From contig NC_086100.1 of the NCBI RefSeq assembly GCF_963921235.1, positions 173,848,001 to 173,912,000 on the forward strand: a stretch of DNA of 64,000 nt. The letters are read 5' to 3'. Positions 50,791-62,520 of the stretch are shown piece by piece. The first letter of the stretch is position 1. Each line of letters opens with the position of its first letter. Made by a program: the position numbers and the translations under genes. Under the pieces are notes generated by a model. It ran no database searches. It was given only the letters and a program-made list of their open reading frames with translations, and was not told the DNA's origin. This stretch comes from Mobula hypostoma (Eukaryota).

Positions 50791-52377
50791 CAGTGCCTAT
50801 AAAAAGTATTCACTCCCTTGGAAATTTTAATATTCTATCGTTTTACAACATTGAATCAGTGGAATTAATTTGGGTTTATTGACACTGGTCACCAGGAAAA
50901 GACTTTCATGTCAAAGTGAAAATAAATTTTTACAAATTTGTCTAAATTTATTATAATTATTAAACACAGAATAATTGATTGCATAATTACTCATCCACTT
51001 CAAGATGCACTTTTGGCAGTAATTACAGCCTTGAGTCTGTGTGGATGGTCTGTATCAGCTTTGCACATCTGGACACTGCAATTTTTTTCCCATTCTTCTT
51101 TACAAAACTGCTCAAGCTTTGTCAGATTGCATGGGGTTCTTGAGTGAGTAGCTATTTGCAAGTCCAGCCACAAATTCTCAATTGGATTGGGGTCTGGACT
51201 CTGACTTGACCATTCCAGAACATTAACTTTTTTGTTTTTAAGCCATTCCTGTGTAGCTTTGGGTTTATGCTTGGGGTCATTGTCTTGTTGCAAAACAAAT
51301 CCTGTGTTTCGCTGGAATTTGCTGCATTCATTTTACTCTCTACCTTCACAAGCCTTCCAGGGCCTGACGCAGTGAAGCATCCCCACAGCATGATGCAGCC
51401 ACCACCATGCTTCACCGTAGGGATGGTGTGTTCTTGATGATATGTGGTGTCTGACTTACGCCAAACAAGGTGTCTGACTTACGCCAAACAAGGTGTTTAG
51501 TCTGATGGCCAAAAAAGCTCCATTTTGGTTTCATCAGACCATTGAATCATCTTCTAGCTGACTTCAGAGTCTCCCACATGTCTTTAACAAACTCTAGCCA
51601 AGATTTCATGTGTTTTTTTTTCAACAGTGGCTTTCTCTTTGCCACTCTCCCATAAAGCTGTGATTGGTGAAGCACCCGAGCAACAGTTATTGTATTTGCC
51701 ATCTCTCCCATCTCAGCCACTGAAGTTTGTAACTTCTCCAGAGATGTCATAGGTCTCTTGGTGGCATCCTTCACTAGTCCCCTTCTTGCACATTCAGTCA
51801 GTTTCTGAGGCCGGCCTGCTCTAGGCAGATTTACAACTGTACCATATTCTTTCCATTTCTTGACGATTGACTTAACTGTACTCCAAGGGATATTCAGTAA
51901 TTTGGAAATTTTCTTGCATCCACCTCCTGAAGTGCTTTTCAATAACCTTTTCACAGAGTTGCTTAGAGTGTTCTTTTGTATTCGTGATGTAGTTTTTGCC
52001 AGGATATTGACTCATCCACAGTTGGATCTTCCAGATACAGGTGCACTTTTACTAGAATCAGTTGAAACACCTTGACTGCACACAGGTGATCTCCATTTAA
52101 TTAATTATGTGACTTCTAAAACCAATTGGCTGCAACAGTGATGATTTGGTGTGTCATATTGAAGGGGGTGAGTACTTACGCAATCAATGATTTTGTGTTT
52201 TATATTTGTAATTAATTTAGATCACTTTGTAGAGATCTGTTTTCATTCTGACATGAAAGAGTCTTTTTCTGTTTATCAGTGTCAAAAAAGCCAAATTAAA
52301 TCCACTGTGATTCAATGTTTATAAAACAATAAAACATGAAAACTTCCAAGGGGTGTGAATACTTTTTATAGGCACTG
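50791..52377 (-). mobile_element. Tc1 DNA transposon, IR/DR type with ~210-bp TIRs, decayed
   Basis: TIRs CAGTGCCTATAAAAAGTATTCAC; paired HTH (KKISKLLNIPWSTVKSIVKKW, GRP); KHGGGCIMLWGCF; QQDNDPKH..SPDPNPIENLW (DD34E-type). Confidence 0.92.
51000..51990 (-). pseudogene. Tc1 transposase, frameshifted
   Basis: Three ORF pieces; a 23-bp tandem duplication (51446-51491) breaks the frame. Confidence 0.85.
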
Positions 52378-52439
52378 CATATGTGCCTAAGACCTTTGCA
52401 CAGTACTCAGAACCAGAATCAGAATCATGTTTAATATCA

Positions 52440-52705
52440 ATAGACAACAGACAATAGACAATAGACAATAGGTGCAGGGGTAGGTCATTCAGCCCTTCGA
52501 GCCAGTACTGCCATTCACTGTGATCATGGCTGATCATCCACAATCATTACCCAGTTCCTGCCTTCTCCCCATATCCCTTGACTGCACTATCATTAGGAGC
52601 TCTATCTAACTCTTTCTTGAAACCATCCAGAGAATTGGCCTCCACTGCCTTCTGAGGCAGAGCATTCCACAGATCCACAACCACAATTCTCTGGGTGAAA
52701 AAGTT
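52440..52705 (-). mobile_element. CR1 3' end
   Basis: (TAGACAA)n tail; GCATTCCACAGATCCAC. Confidence 0.75.
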
Positions 52706-54064
52706 ACCACTGGCAAATATCATGAAATTTGTTAACTTTGCGAAATTTCCCGTTGATATTAAATCTGATTCTGATTTTGAGTAATATGCACAAAATGCTG
52801 GAGAAACTCAGCAGGCCAGGCAGTTTCTATGGTAAAAAGTACTGTCAGATCGTTTCGGGCCGGATTTCAGCTTCTGCATATTTCGTGTACAAAACACCCC
52901 CTGATAGTCTGGCTGCTTCGATGCCTAATTTATGCCTGTGAAACAGGTGAGAGAGGTACCATTGAACTTCCTCGTCATCATGTCAGACCTTGGACCGGTT
53001 AGTTTAGAAGCAAACCAATTGTTAAAGTGATTTTCCTGCCCATCGAGCAGCAGTTAATCTTCCTTTTAACTTGTTCCCCATCTGTAGGTGCAGGATACTC
53101 AAGTTGTGGCAGGTAAAGTGTTTTGAGTGACAGCAGGGTGGTAAAGTTACTGAAGCCGTGTAGTAGTTTGGGTAACTTAAATTCAGTTATTTAAGCAATC
53201 TGTCATTAAAATGTCAGTATCCTTAATGTTTATCATGAAACTATGGAGTTGTTAGGCACCAAAGCTTCCAGTGGATGCATCTGCGTTGGCATCAAGCATA
53301 GACACCCAATGGTTCCGAAGTATCTATCACGAACAGGAAACACGTTGCCTTATTGGTTTGGCATCAGTACCACCCCAAGAACACACTAGTTTATTGACTC
53401 TTATCTGATCTGACTGACTTTAGAAGGATACAGACAACCCTTGTGTTACAGGTTACCTTCTGAGGAAAGGTTCCATATTGTGATTTTCCTTAATGTGAAA
53501 CCATGTCATCTGTGCATGTGTCAAAGTCAAGGTAACTTTATTATCAAAGTACAGAACTATTATCAAACTTGTTATCAAGGACACGAGTTGAAAAAATAGA
53601 TCTTTGTTTATTTACTTGTTTTTAACATAAAATCCATGAGAGTGAATTATATTCTGCATCTCAAAATTTTGGGTAGCAGTTTGTGAGTTCTGTATGGTTA
53701 AGTTTCCACTACCCAAACAGCTGTAGCGTATGGTTACCTGTACACCGATCTACATTGAATGCCTCAGTGAGCAGTTTTGTGGTATTGTTCAGGATAGAAA
53801 GAAATGTTGGCATTCTACATATTCCTTAACAGTGACACCAGTGCAGAAATGGAGCTGCTTCCTTCAGCTTCCATGGTTCATTCCTGACCTCCTGTTCTCT
53901 ACATATGGAGTTTGCTTATTCTCCTAAAAAAAAGATAAAGTTTAATAAATTATTTAGCCACTGTAAATTTCCTCCGGTGTGAAAGGATCTGAGAAGCTGG
54001 GCAAAATAAAATGAAGTTAGTCAAATCATGGACTTTGTGGGCCATATGCCTGTTGTCATGCTAT

Positions 54065-54598
54065 TTAATTCAATGGAGGCCCTCTGTTGGGCAGATTTGA
54101 CCATGGATGCTCTGTCCTAGTTGTGATGCACAAGCTGGTACACAAACCAGGGCAGTACAATGAGGAGGACAAGCTGTTGCCCATGCAGCAGGATCCCCTT
54201 TTCCACACAGAGCACCAGCGGCATTGCAGGATTTTCCAGTCAGGGACTCCAGATCTGGATTTTTTTCTCAGGGTTACTCCCGAAGCCTTCCCCATGAGTA
54301 GGTACAGCCACAAGGCAGTGGAGTTTAAGATCAGAGTTTTCCTTCTCCTAGAGGAGCTGCCAACCATGGCTGATGAGCCCCATCTGCCTAGAGTGACTGG
54401 TTTTAAGGAACCAGTAACCTGACTTTTCCCTTTCTCCTGTCAGTAGAAACTACCACCAAGCTCAGTAACTAAGCCACTTGTGAAGGTCAGGAGCTAGACT
54501 TGGTTGTCAGAAGCTATTTGAGACGCACACCATTAGCGTTTCATAGGCAGTGGGAGCTCATTCCCACTACCAGCCCCAGCTACGACAATCTTCAGGAA
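54065..54598 (-). mobile_element. RTE-derived non-autonomous retroposon, copy B
   Basis: 5' ~350 bp align with 34477-34830. Confidence 0.65.
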
Positions 54599-55123
54599 TT
54601 ATCTGACTATGAGTTAATTAATTAAAAACCCAGGTCTTGCAAAGCTACTCACAAAACTGAAGAGCCACAGACTGAGCAGTTGAAGATAGACTTGGGATAA
54701 AGAAGAATCTGGATCCTTTATGATTTCCGTAGCTGTCAGTGGTAAATTCAATCCTTGATTTTCTAGCAGAATTTTCCTTAACAGTAGAAACATAAGGTTG
54801 GATCATGCTTGATCAGGGCCTTCTGCACTTTTCCTCACAACGGCCCAAGTGGGTCAGTTGTCCACAAACCTTGGCTCTCATGGCAATTTGATTTAAGCAC
54901 CAAGCCAGATTAAAAAGATTAAGGCGTAGAGGTTGAGGGCAAAGAATAAACCAGTGTTCAGCTTACTGCTCCCCAAGGCTTCACTTGCCTGAGCCCTGAG
55001 CTGGCTCCTTGGCTGTGTACTCATGATCGGGGAATCTGCAGTTCATGTTCTGCGTACTATTTGTTTACTTTTATATTGTTTGCACAATTTGTTCATTTTT
55101 TGCACATTGGATGTTTGATGGTC

Positions 55124-55125
<2 letters not shown>

Positions 55126-55155
<30 letters not shown>
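55126..55155 (+). repeat. (TG)15 microsatellite
   Basis: Direct read. Confidence 0.95.
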
Positions 55156-55158
<3 letters not shown>

Positions 55159-55937
55159 CTTAAAATGTGGATTCTATTGTGATTCTTTGCTTTGTGGCTG
55201 CCTGCAAGAAGAAAGAAGATGAACCTCAAGGTTGTATATAGTATACATACTTGATAATAAATGTACGTTGAACTTTAAATCCAATAGAATGGAGTGGCTT
55301 TCAAAGGCCTTGGAACAATTTAAAAATATTTCTCATGATCAAAGATGTCTATAAATTGTTCAAATAGATGTAAATATTTAAAAATGCCTTAAATGAGTGC
55401 ACTTACAAATAGCTTTATGCCTGAGTAATTACTTAAAGACCAGAAAATTTGATAAATATATGAAAAATAAATAATTTTCAATCCATCCTGATGACCCCAT
55501 ACAAATGAATGAAATTGTGATAGTTACACCAGCTACTTTTGCTGTTAAGCTGAAGGGCCAGTTCACTGCTGTATTATGGATGCCAATAAGCTCTGTAGTT
55601 ATGTAATCTTATACAGATTGACATGGCAACAAACTGGCAGGAGCACTGGCCTGAAATCCTGGAAGATATACTTGCCTCCCATGCGCATAGATAATGTCTT
55701 CCATATTCTCCAAAGAAAATGTCTGCTAGGTTCTCCAACAGCTTACCAAAATCCCTCTGAGCACTAGGTATGCGCTCTTTCATTTGATGCATTACTCGGA
55801 CATCTGCTTTTGAAGCAGAAACGCTCTCCTGTAGTTAACATATACTATGTGTTGGTTTAAGCTCAGGCTTCCAAGTTTATATTTGCAATACAAAGAGCTT
55901 TTCCAAGATGCCAGTACAACATAATCCACAGAACCTA

Positions 55938-56198
55938 AACCGAGAGTTTCTGCAGATGCTGGGAATCTTGAGCAAGTCGTACCAAATGCTGGAGGAACTT
56001 GAAAGGTCAGGCTGATTCTATGGAGAAGAATAAACAGTCAGATATTAGCTTGTACTCCTTCCCTCTCCTTACCTTCTTATTCTGGCTTCAGCCCCCTTTC
56101 TTTCCAGTCTTGATGAAGGGTCTCGGCCTGGAATGTTGATGGGTTATCCTCTCCTTAGATATGCCCGATTTGCAGAGTGCTTCCAGCATTTTGTGTGT
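55938..56198. mobile_element. Penelope-derived inverted pLTR pair with degenerate hammerhead
   Basis: AAATGCTGGAGGAACT.. / ..CCAGCATTTTGTG arms; CAGTC TTGATGA AGGGTCTCGGCCT GGAA. Confidence 0.7.
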
Positions 56199-58454
56199 AT
56201 AACCCAACATTTCATGGAATAACCTAATGTGCATTTCTTAAAATTCCACCTTAAAATATCTTCATGTATGTCGGAATTCTGAAAACAGCATGCCAAGCAA
56301 TACTGTTTAGTATTAGCAAAAAAAAAACGTAGGAATTGAGTTTCCTGTACCTCCTTAAAATCTTTCTTTGGTTTGCTGACTATAATGGTCCCACATGCAC
56401 AGTTCGGTCAGCTCCAATGCATTGAACTGCCCTCAGTTGTGAACAGATTAGGGGCAAATCATTTTGATATCTGCAACATGCCCAATGTGGGAAATAAAAG
56501 ATGTTGCATGAGAGTGGGTGGGTCTCCTTCCAAGAACAGTCAGAGAGTAAAGGACCTTTATCCTTTCTCCATGCTGTACCAGTCTGCCACTGGGTGAGTG
56601 AAGGACATGCAAATCACTGTCCAAACAAATATATCCAAGAATTACTTATCTACTCTGCTGACATTTAGGGCAGCAATGAAAGTCATCCATCTCTGTCTGT
56701 CCATACAGACACACACAAATGTAGAAGAAGGATTCTTCACTGCTGTTCCCATAATAATTATTTTAACCAGTCAGGGTTGTTAGCCCTGAGCTGAACCCCT
56801 GAACCTAGAGGATCAGTGGACCATTCCTAGTCTGGCCTCTACTCTGTAACCTTTTTGGCATAGGTGACCCTACCAAGAGCCAAAGCAGAAGGTCCTGACT
56901 CCAGCCAATGTAGCTTTCCGGGTCAGTGAGACCTCCAAACTCTACGACAAGGTTGTGGTCCTCTAGAAGGACGTCCAGTAATGCATTGAAGAAATTATAC
57001 TGTGGTAAAAAAGATTCATTAAAATACACCTTTGACAAACTTATCTAGATTTACATCCTGGGAGGCTTTCAATAGATGCTGTCCTCAGAAATTCAAAATC
57101 CTTCATCTGTACTTTGTAATTCATTGCCTAAATTAGACAGTTTCCCTGTCATTCGCATTCATTCCTCTGCACAATACAGTGGATTGAAAACAAGATTACA
57201 GGAAACGGATTAGAATCAACCCATGATATTATCAATGGTGCAGTCCTTTTAGAGTAGAGAAGCTCTGTAAATCAGATAAGAACAAATGTACACACTGGGA
57301 ATTTCAAGCAGCCAACTTAATTTTTGATCAAAGGCTCCAATTAAATTAAAGTGTTAGAAATTAAGTATTCCCTCTCAATATTTGTTGCATAGATGATATT
57401 TGCTCTCTTTTTTAGAAAGATTAAATTGTTAAAATGTCATATAAGATCTGACCAAGGTCAAAAAAGGAATATTTTATTCACCGGAGAACCCAGTAATCAA
57501 TTACAAATTAATTATCACTTAAATGGCATTAATACATTCCAAACCAGTTTGAATTTGTCAATGTGTGTTAATGTAGATGACATTTATCTACGAAGCCTGA
57601 AATTGTCAGAAAGTAAGAGAAACATAGGTAAAACAAATCAAGAATTATAAATGTAATTATGTTAAAATTGTTTCAAAAACTAGCCAATAAGACCTAAAGA
57701 CATAGGAGCAGAATTCAGTCCATCGAGTCTGCCCCACTATTTGATCATGGCTGATTTATTTTTCCTTTCAACTCCATTCTCCTACCTCTCCCCATGGCCT
57801 TAGATGCCCTTACTAATCAAGAACTAATCAATCACTGCTTTAAATATACCCAATGACTTGGTTTCCACAGCAATTTGTGGCAATGTATTCTGTAGATTCA
57901 GCACACCCTCTGGCTAAAGAAATTCCTCCTCATCTCTGTCCTGAAGAGCTGTCCTTCCATTCTGAGACTATACCCTTAGGTACATCCATTTTGGAAACAA
58001 CCTCTCCATGTTCACTCTATCTAGGCATTTCAATATTCAGTAGGTGTGGTAAATTCAAGGCCACAATCTAAATAAGTGTTGATAAAACGTCCACTCTCCT
58101 GTCAGAATGGTTTATGATGCCTTCTGAGAAACGTAACTGGATTGCATTCCTTAATTCATTTTTGCTGTGTGCAAGCAGAAACCAGAAAGTGATTAGTACA
58201 GAAAGTAGTTGGTATAAATAGCATAAATGCATTTATAAAGATGTAAATAAATTATGAAATGGAAAAAATAGAAGTTTGTGCTTTGAAGTGTGTCAGGAGG
58301 CTTGTGTGGGACATAACATTTTGGACCGAATGGCTGCTTCCCTGTTGTAACTCAATGTAATTCTATACTGTAAAGCTGTTATTTTACACAAGATTTCATG
58401 TGGTGTCTTATTCCAGAGAAACAATATTCATGTCAAATTAGTTTTCAAATCTTA

Positions 58455-58855
58455 ACATAGAACATAGAATAGTACAGCACAGTACAGGCCCTTCGGCCCA
58501 TAATGTTGTGCCGACCCTCAAACCCTGCCTCCCATATAAGCCTCCACCTTAAATTCCTCCATATACCTGTCTAGTAGTCTCTTAAACTTCACGAGTGTAT
58601 CTGCCTCCACCACTGACTCAGGCAGTGCATTCCACACACCAACCACTCTCTGAGTAAAAAACCTTCCTCTAATATCCCCCTTGAACTTCCCACCCCTTAC
58701 CTTAAAGCCATCTCCTCTTGTATTGAGCAGTGGTGCCCTGGGGAAGAGGCGCTGGCTATCCACCCTATCTATTCTGCTTATTATCTCGTACACCTCTATC
58801 ATGTCTCCTCTCATCCTCCTTCTCTCCGGAGAGTAAAGCCCTAGCTCCCTTAATT
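58455..58855 (-). mobile_element. Young CR1 3' fragment
   Basis: ORF 58518-58814 RGDMIEVY..FFTQRVVGVWNALP; (TTCTATG)n tail. Confidence 0.88.
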
Positions 58856-58907
58856 CTATTCAGTAAATAGTGAATGTTAGGCGCAAGTTGAATCCAAACT
58901 AATAGTA

Positions 58908-59127
58908 GCAACACACATCAAAGTTGTTGGTGAACGCAGCAGGTCAGGCAGCGTCTCCAGGAAGAGGTACAGTCGACATTTCGGGCTGAATCCTGACGAA
59001 GGGTCTCGGCCCAAAACGTGGACTGTACCTCTTCCTAGAGATGCTGCCTGACCTGCTGTGTTCACCAGCAACTTTGATGTGTGTTGCTTGAATTTCCAGC
59101 ATCTGCAGAATTCCTCGTGTTTGCGTT
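58908..59127 (+). mobile_element. Penelope-derived fold-back insertion with hammerhead in the loop
   Basis: 15-bp perfect TSD TCCAAACTAATAGTA; ~80-bp inverted arms; CTGACGA AGGGTCTCGGCCC AAAA. Confidence 0.85.
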
Positions 59128-59179
59128 TCCAAACTAATAGTAATAGATTCCAATGTGCAGGTTGACTCACTCACCGAAC

Positions 59180-60700
59180 TAGAACATAAGAGATAAAGAT
59201 AGAACTGGGTCATTCAACTCCTCACACCTACTTTGCCAGTCAATGGCTGATTTTTTTTTCCTGCCCTAATCCCTCATTGTCCAAAAATCAAATCTTGGAT
59301 TTAAATGTATCCATAAAACGAGTATCCACAGCCCTCTTAAATAGGAATTCACTACCTTCTATGTTATACAGCTTCTTCTCATCTGAGTCTTCAATCGCCT
59401 ACCCCATGTTTTAAGACAGTGACCTCTGGTCCTAGACCCTCCCATGGAAAATGTCATGTCTGCATCTTCCCTGTCAAGCCATATGCAAATTCCCAATGTT
59501 CCAAAACAACAACTTCTTAATCTTCTATAAAGAGTATAAATATCTTCTGCTCATAGAACAAATCCTCCATAGTAGGAAATCATTAAAGTGAACTTTCATG
59601 GCACTCTCTCTGTTACCAATACATACTGTGTATATGGTGACTAAAGCTGCACACAGTATCCCAGATTTTATTCCCATTTGGGCATTATAGTTGTAACAAG
59701 ATGCCTTACAGTCTGATGTTTAAGCCCTCTTGCAATAAGCAGCAACTTCCTAATTGCTTATTGCATACATACATTATCTTTCCCTGATGCACATACAAGA
59801 AAGCCAGTACTTCAGAACATCAATACAGTCCGTCACCATTTAAAAAAAATATTTTGCCTTTCTAGAGACACAAGAAATTCTGCAGATGCTACACAAGTCA
59901 CACAAAATGCTAGAGGAACTCAAGTCAGGCAGCATCTATGGAGGGAAATAGACAATCGATTTCTTGTGCTGAGATCCTTCACCAGGACCATTTTGTCAAC
60001 CAAGGTAAATGAACATGCATTATTACATAATTACACTCCATCTTCTATTTCTTTGACTTTTCACTTCTGTCCATCTCCCAGTGAAGCCCTCTGCATCCTT
60101 CTTACAGCCCACATTCTAATTTAGCCTTGTATCTTCAAGTAAGCTTGGTTATATTACATTTAGTCCCTTCATCCAAATTGTCTATGTAGATTGCATCCGC
60201 TGAGCTACCAGCAGCAATACCTGCATAACCCCACCAGTCACAACTTCCCAAACAAAATTGGACCATTTATCTGTAACTGTCCATTATCTAATCTTCAGTT
60301 CACACCATTACATTACCTCAATACCATATGATTGAATTTTGTTTAATAATGTATTATGTGGGATCTTTTCAAAGCCCTCTGAAACCCTCAGTGCACCATA
60401 CCCATTATAAGAACATAAGAAATAAGAACAGGAGTAAGCCATCTGACCTGTTAATGAGCTCATTGCTGACCTGGCCATGGAGTCAACTCCACCTACCTTT
60501 CTTTTCCCCATAATGCTTAGTTCCCCTGATTAGCAAAAATCTAACTGTCTGAAATATATAAAGAATGAGATAGCCTTTTCTGCTTCCCTGGTAGAGAATT
60601 CCACAGATTCACTATTCTTTGGGAAAAGCACTTTTCTTGAAGCTAAGTAAACTAGTTCTAATCTCATTTATCAGTGAAAACAACTTTCCTGCCTTTATAT
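59180..60700 (-). mobile_element. Old CR1 fragments, with a PLE pLTR piece at ~59865-59990
   Basis: Two CR1 3' tails (AGAACATAAGA) and a decayed RT region. Confidence 0.6.
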
Positions 60701-60706
60701 TTTCTA

Positions 60707-62350
60707 AATAGGTTGAGTGAACTCGGCCTTTTCTCCTTGGAGTGACGGAGGATGAGAGGTGACTTGATAGAGGTGTACAAGATAATGAGAGGCATTGATC
60801 ATGTGGATAGTCAGAGGCTTTTTCCCAGGGCTGATATGGCTAACACGAGAGGTCACAGTTTTAAGGTGTTTGGAAGTAGGTACAAAGGAGATATCGGGGT
60901 AAATTTTTTACGTAGAGAGTGGTGAGTGCGTGGAACGGGCTGCCGGCAGCGGTGGTGGAGGCGGAAATGATAGGGTCTTTTAAGACAGGGGTCCCCAACC
61001 CTTTTTTGCACTGTGGACCAGTTTAATATCGACAATACTCTTGCGGACCGGGCGACCCCGATGGGGGGTGGGGGGGGTAGGGTTGCCAACGGACAAAAGT
61101 AGCAGTCAAATATGTTGTTTACCCCGAGAAAGACTACAATGACCATGAGGCCTTGCGCGGGCACCTGCGTGCATGCATACCCTGTGCATGCGTGTACGTG
61201 CCAATTTTTTCTGCAAATCATTTTTGGCGATTCTGTTCGGGGGGGTGGTGTTAATCACGACTGGAATATCGGTGATAAGTGGCTAATACACTCATTTTCA
61301 TTTCTAAAAGGGTTTATCTAACAAATTTAATAGTAAACACAGCGCATATTTTCCTTACGTGAATATAGTGATAAGTCAATTATCAGGGGAGGACAGGGGA
61401 GCTTGAAGTAAGTATTGAACGAACTTCCAGTAGAAGTGGTTGAGGCAGGTTCGATATTATCATTTAAAGAAAAATTGGATAGGTATATGGACTGGAAAGG
61501 AATGGAGGGTTATGGGCTGAGTGCAGGTCAGTGGGACTAGGTGAGAGTAGCGTTCGGCACGGACTAGAAGGGCAGAGATGGCTTGTTCCCGTGCTGTAAT
61601 TGTTATATGGTTATATAAGTCAATAGCATCATAACATTTTAAGTAACGTTTGGATATTAAACATGCAGCACATATTTTCCCCGTATGAACATATAAAATC
61701 ATTGCAACACACCAATATCGCTGTGAGTGCCCTGGGCTTGTTTCCCTGCAACATGACAGTGCCATCGAGGGGTGATGGGAGACAGCGATAGTCGAACGGA
61801 GTTCCTTGTGTCCAGTCTATTCCGCAATTTAGTTTTCGTTGCATTCATTGCAGAGATATGTTGGAAATGGAAGTAACGTTTTCAGTGCTTTCGTGGCTAT
61901 CTCAGGATACTTAGCCTTGAATTTGATCCAGAATGCCGGCAGAGATGTTATGTCAAACATACTTTTCAGCCCACCGTCATTTGCAAGCTCGAGGAGTTGA
62001 TCTCCTTCCCGCGCTGACATGGCTGACGTGTGGGTAATGATCTCGCATGCGTAATGGCTCAACAGTGCGTGACAGGGAATGAGGAATGGTGCAGCTGACT
62101 CCTATCGCCAAATCATATCGTTTCCTCGCGGCCTGGTAGCACATTCCTTGCGGCCCGGCACCAGTCCACGGCCCGGTGGTTGGGGACCACTGTTTTAAGA
62201 GACTCCTGGATAGGTACATGGAGCTTAGAAAAATAGAGGGCTATGGGTAAAGCCTAGGTAGTTCTAAGGTAGGGACATGTTCGGCACAGCTTTGTGGGCC
62301 AAAGGGCCTGTATTGTGCTGTAAGTTTTCTATGTTCTATGTTCTATGTTC
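60707..62350 (+). mobile_element. CR1 3' fragment split by a hAT insertion
   Basis: Same subfamily as 4355-4818; continuous once 60986-62200 is removed; (TTCTATG)n tail. Confidence 0.88.
60986..62192 (-). mobile_element. Non-autonomous hAT (Charlie/Buster group) transposon
   Basis: TIRs CAGGGGTCCCCAACC / GGTTGGGGACCACTG; perfect 8-bp TSD TTTTAAGA; C-terminal transposase remnant SLPAFWIK..YPEIATKALKTLLPFPTYLC. Confidence 0.9.
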
Positions 62351-62520
62351 TAAGTATTTTCCATTTTACATTCTCTTGAAAAAATTAAACACCTTCCAAA
62401 TCATAGTCCCCTAGTAACTAAGTCTTAGCAAGGACTATTAGGTTGCACCTTGTGCCAGTAATTGATCCAGCTTATTATGAGCATTACAAAGCTAAGCTGT
62501 GCAGTGCAGTGACACAGATC

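Noticed and set aside
53088-53112. Possible 25-nt plus-strand micro-exon
   Set aside because: Not frame-preserving, modest donor, no partner exons seen
55617-55768. Exon-like or integrase-like fragment (NWQEHWPEIL)
   Set aside because: Stops in the candidate frames; similarity too weak to call
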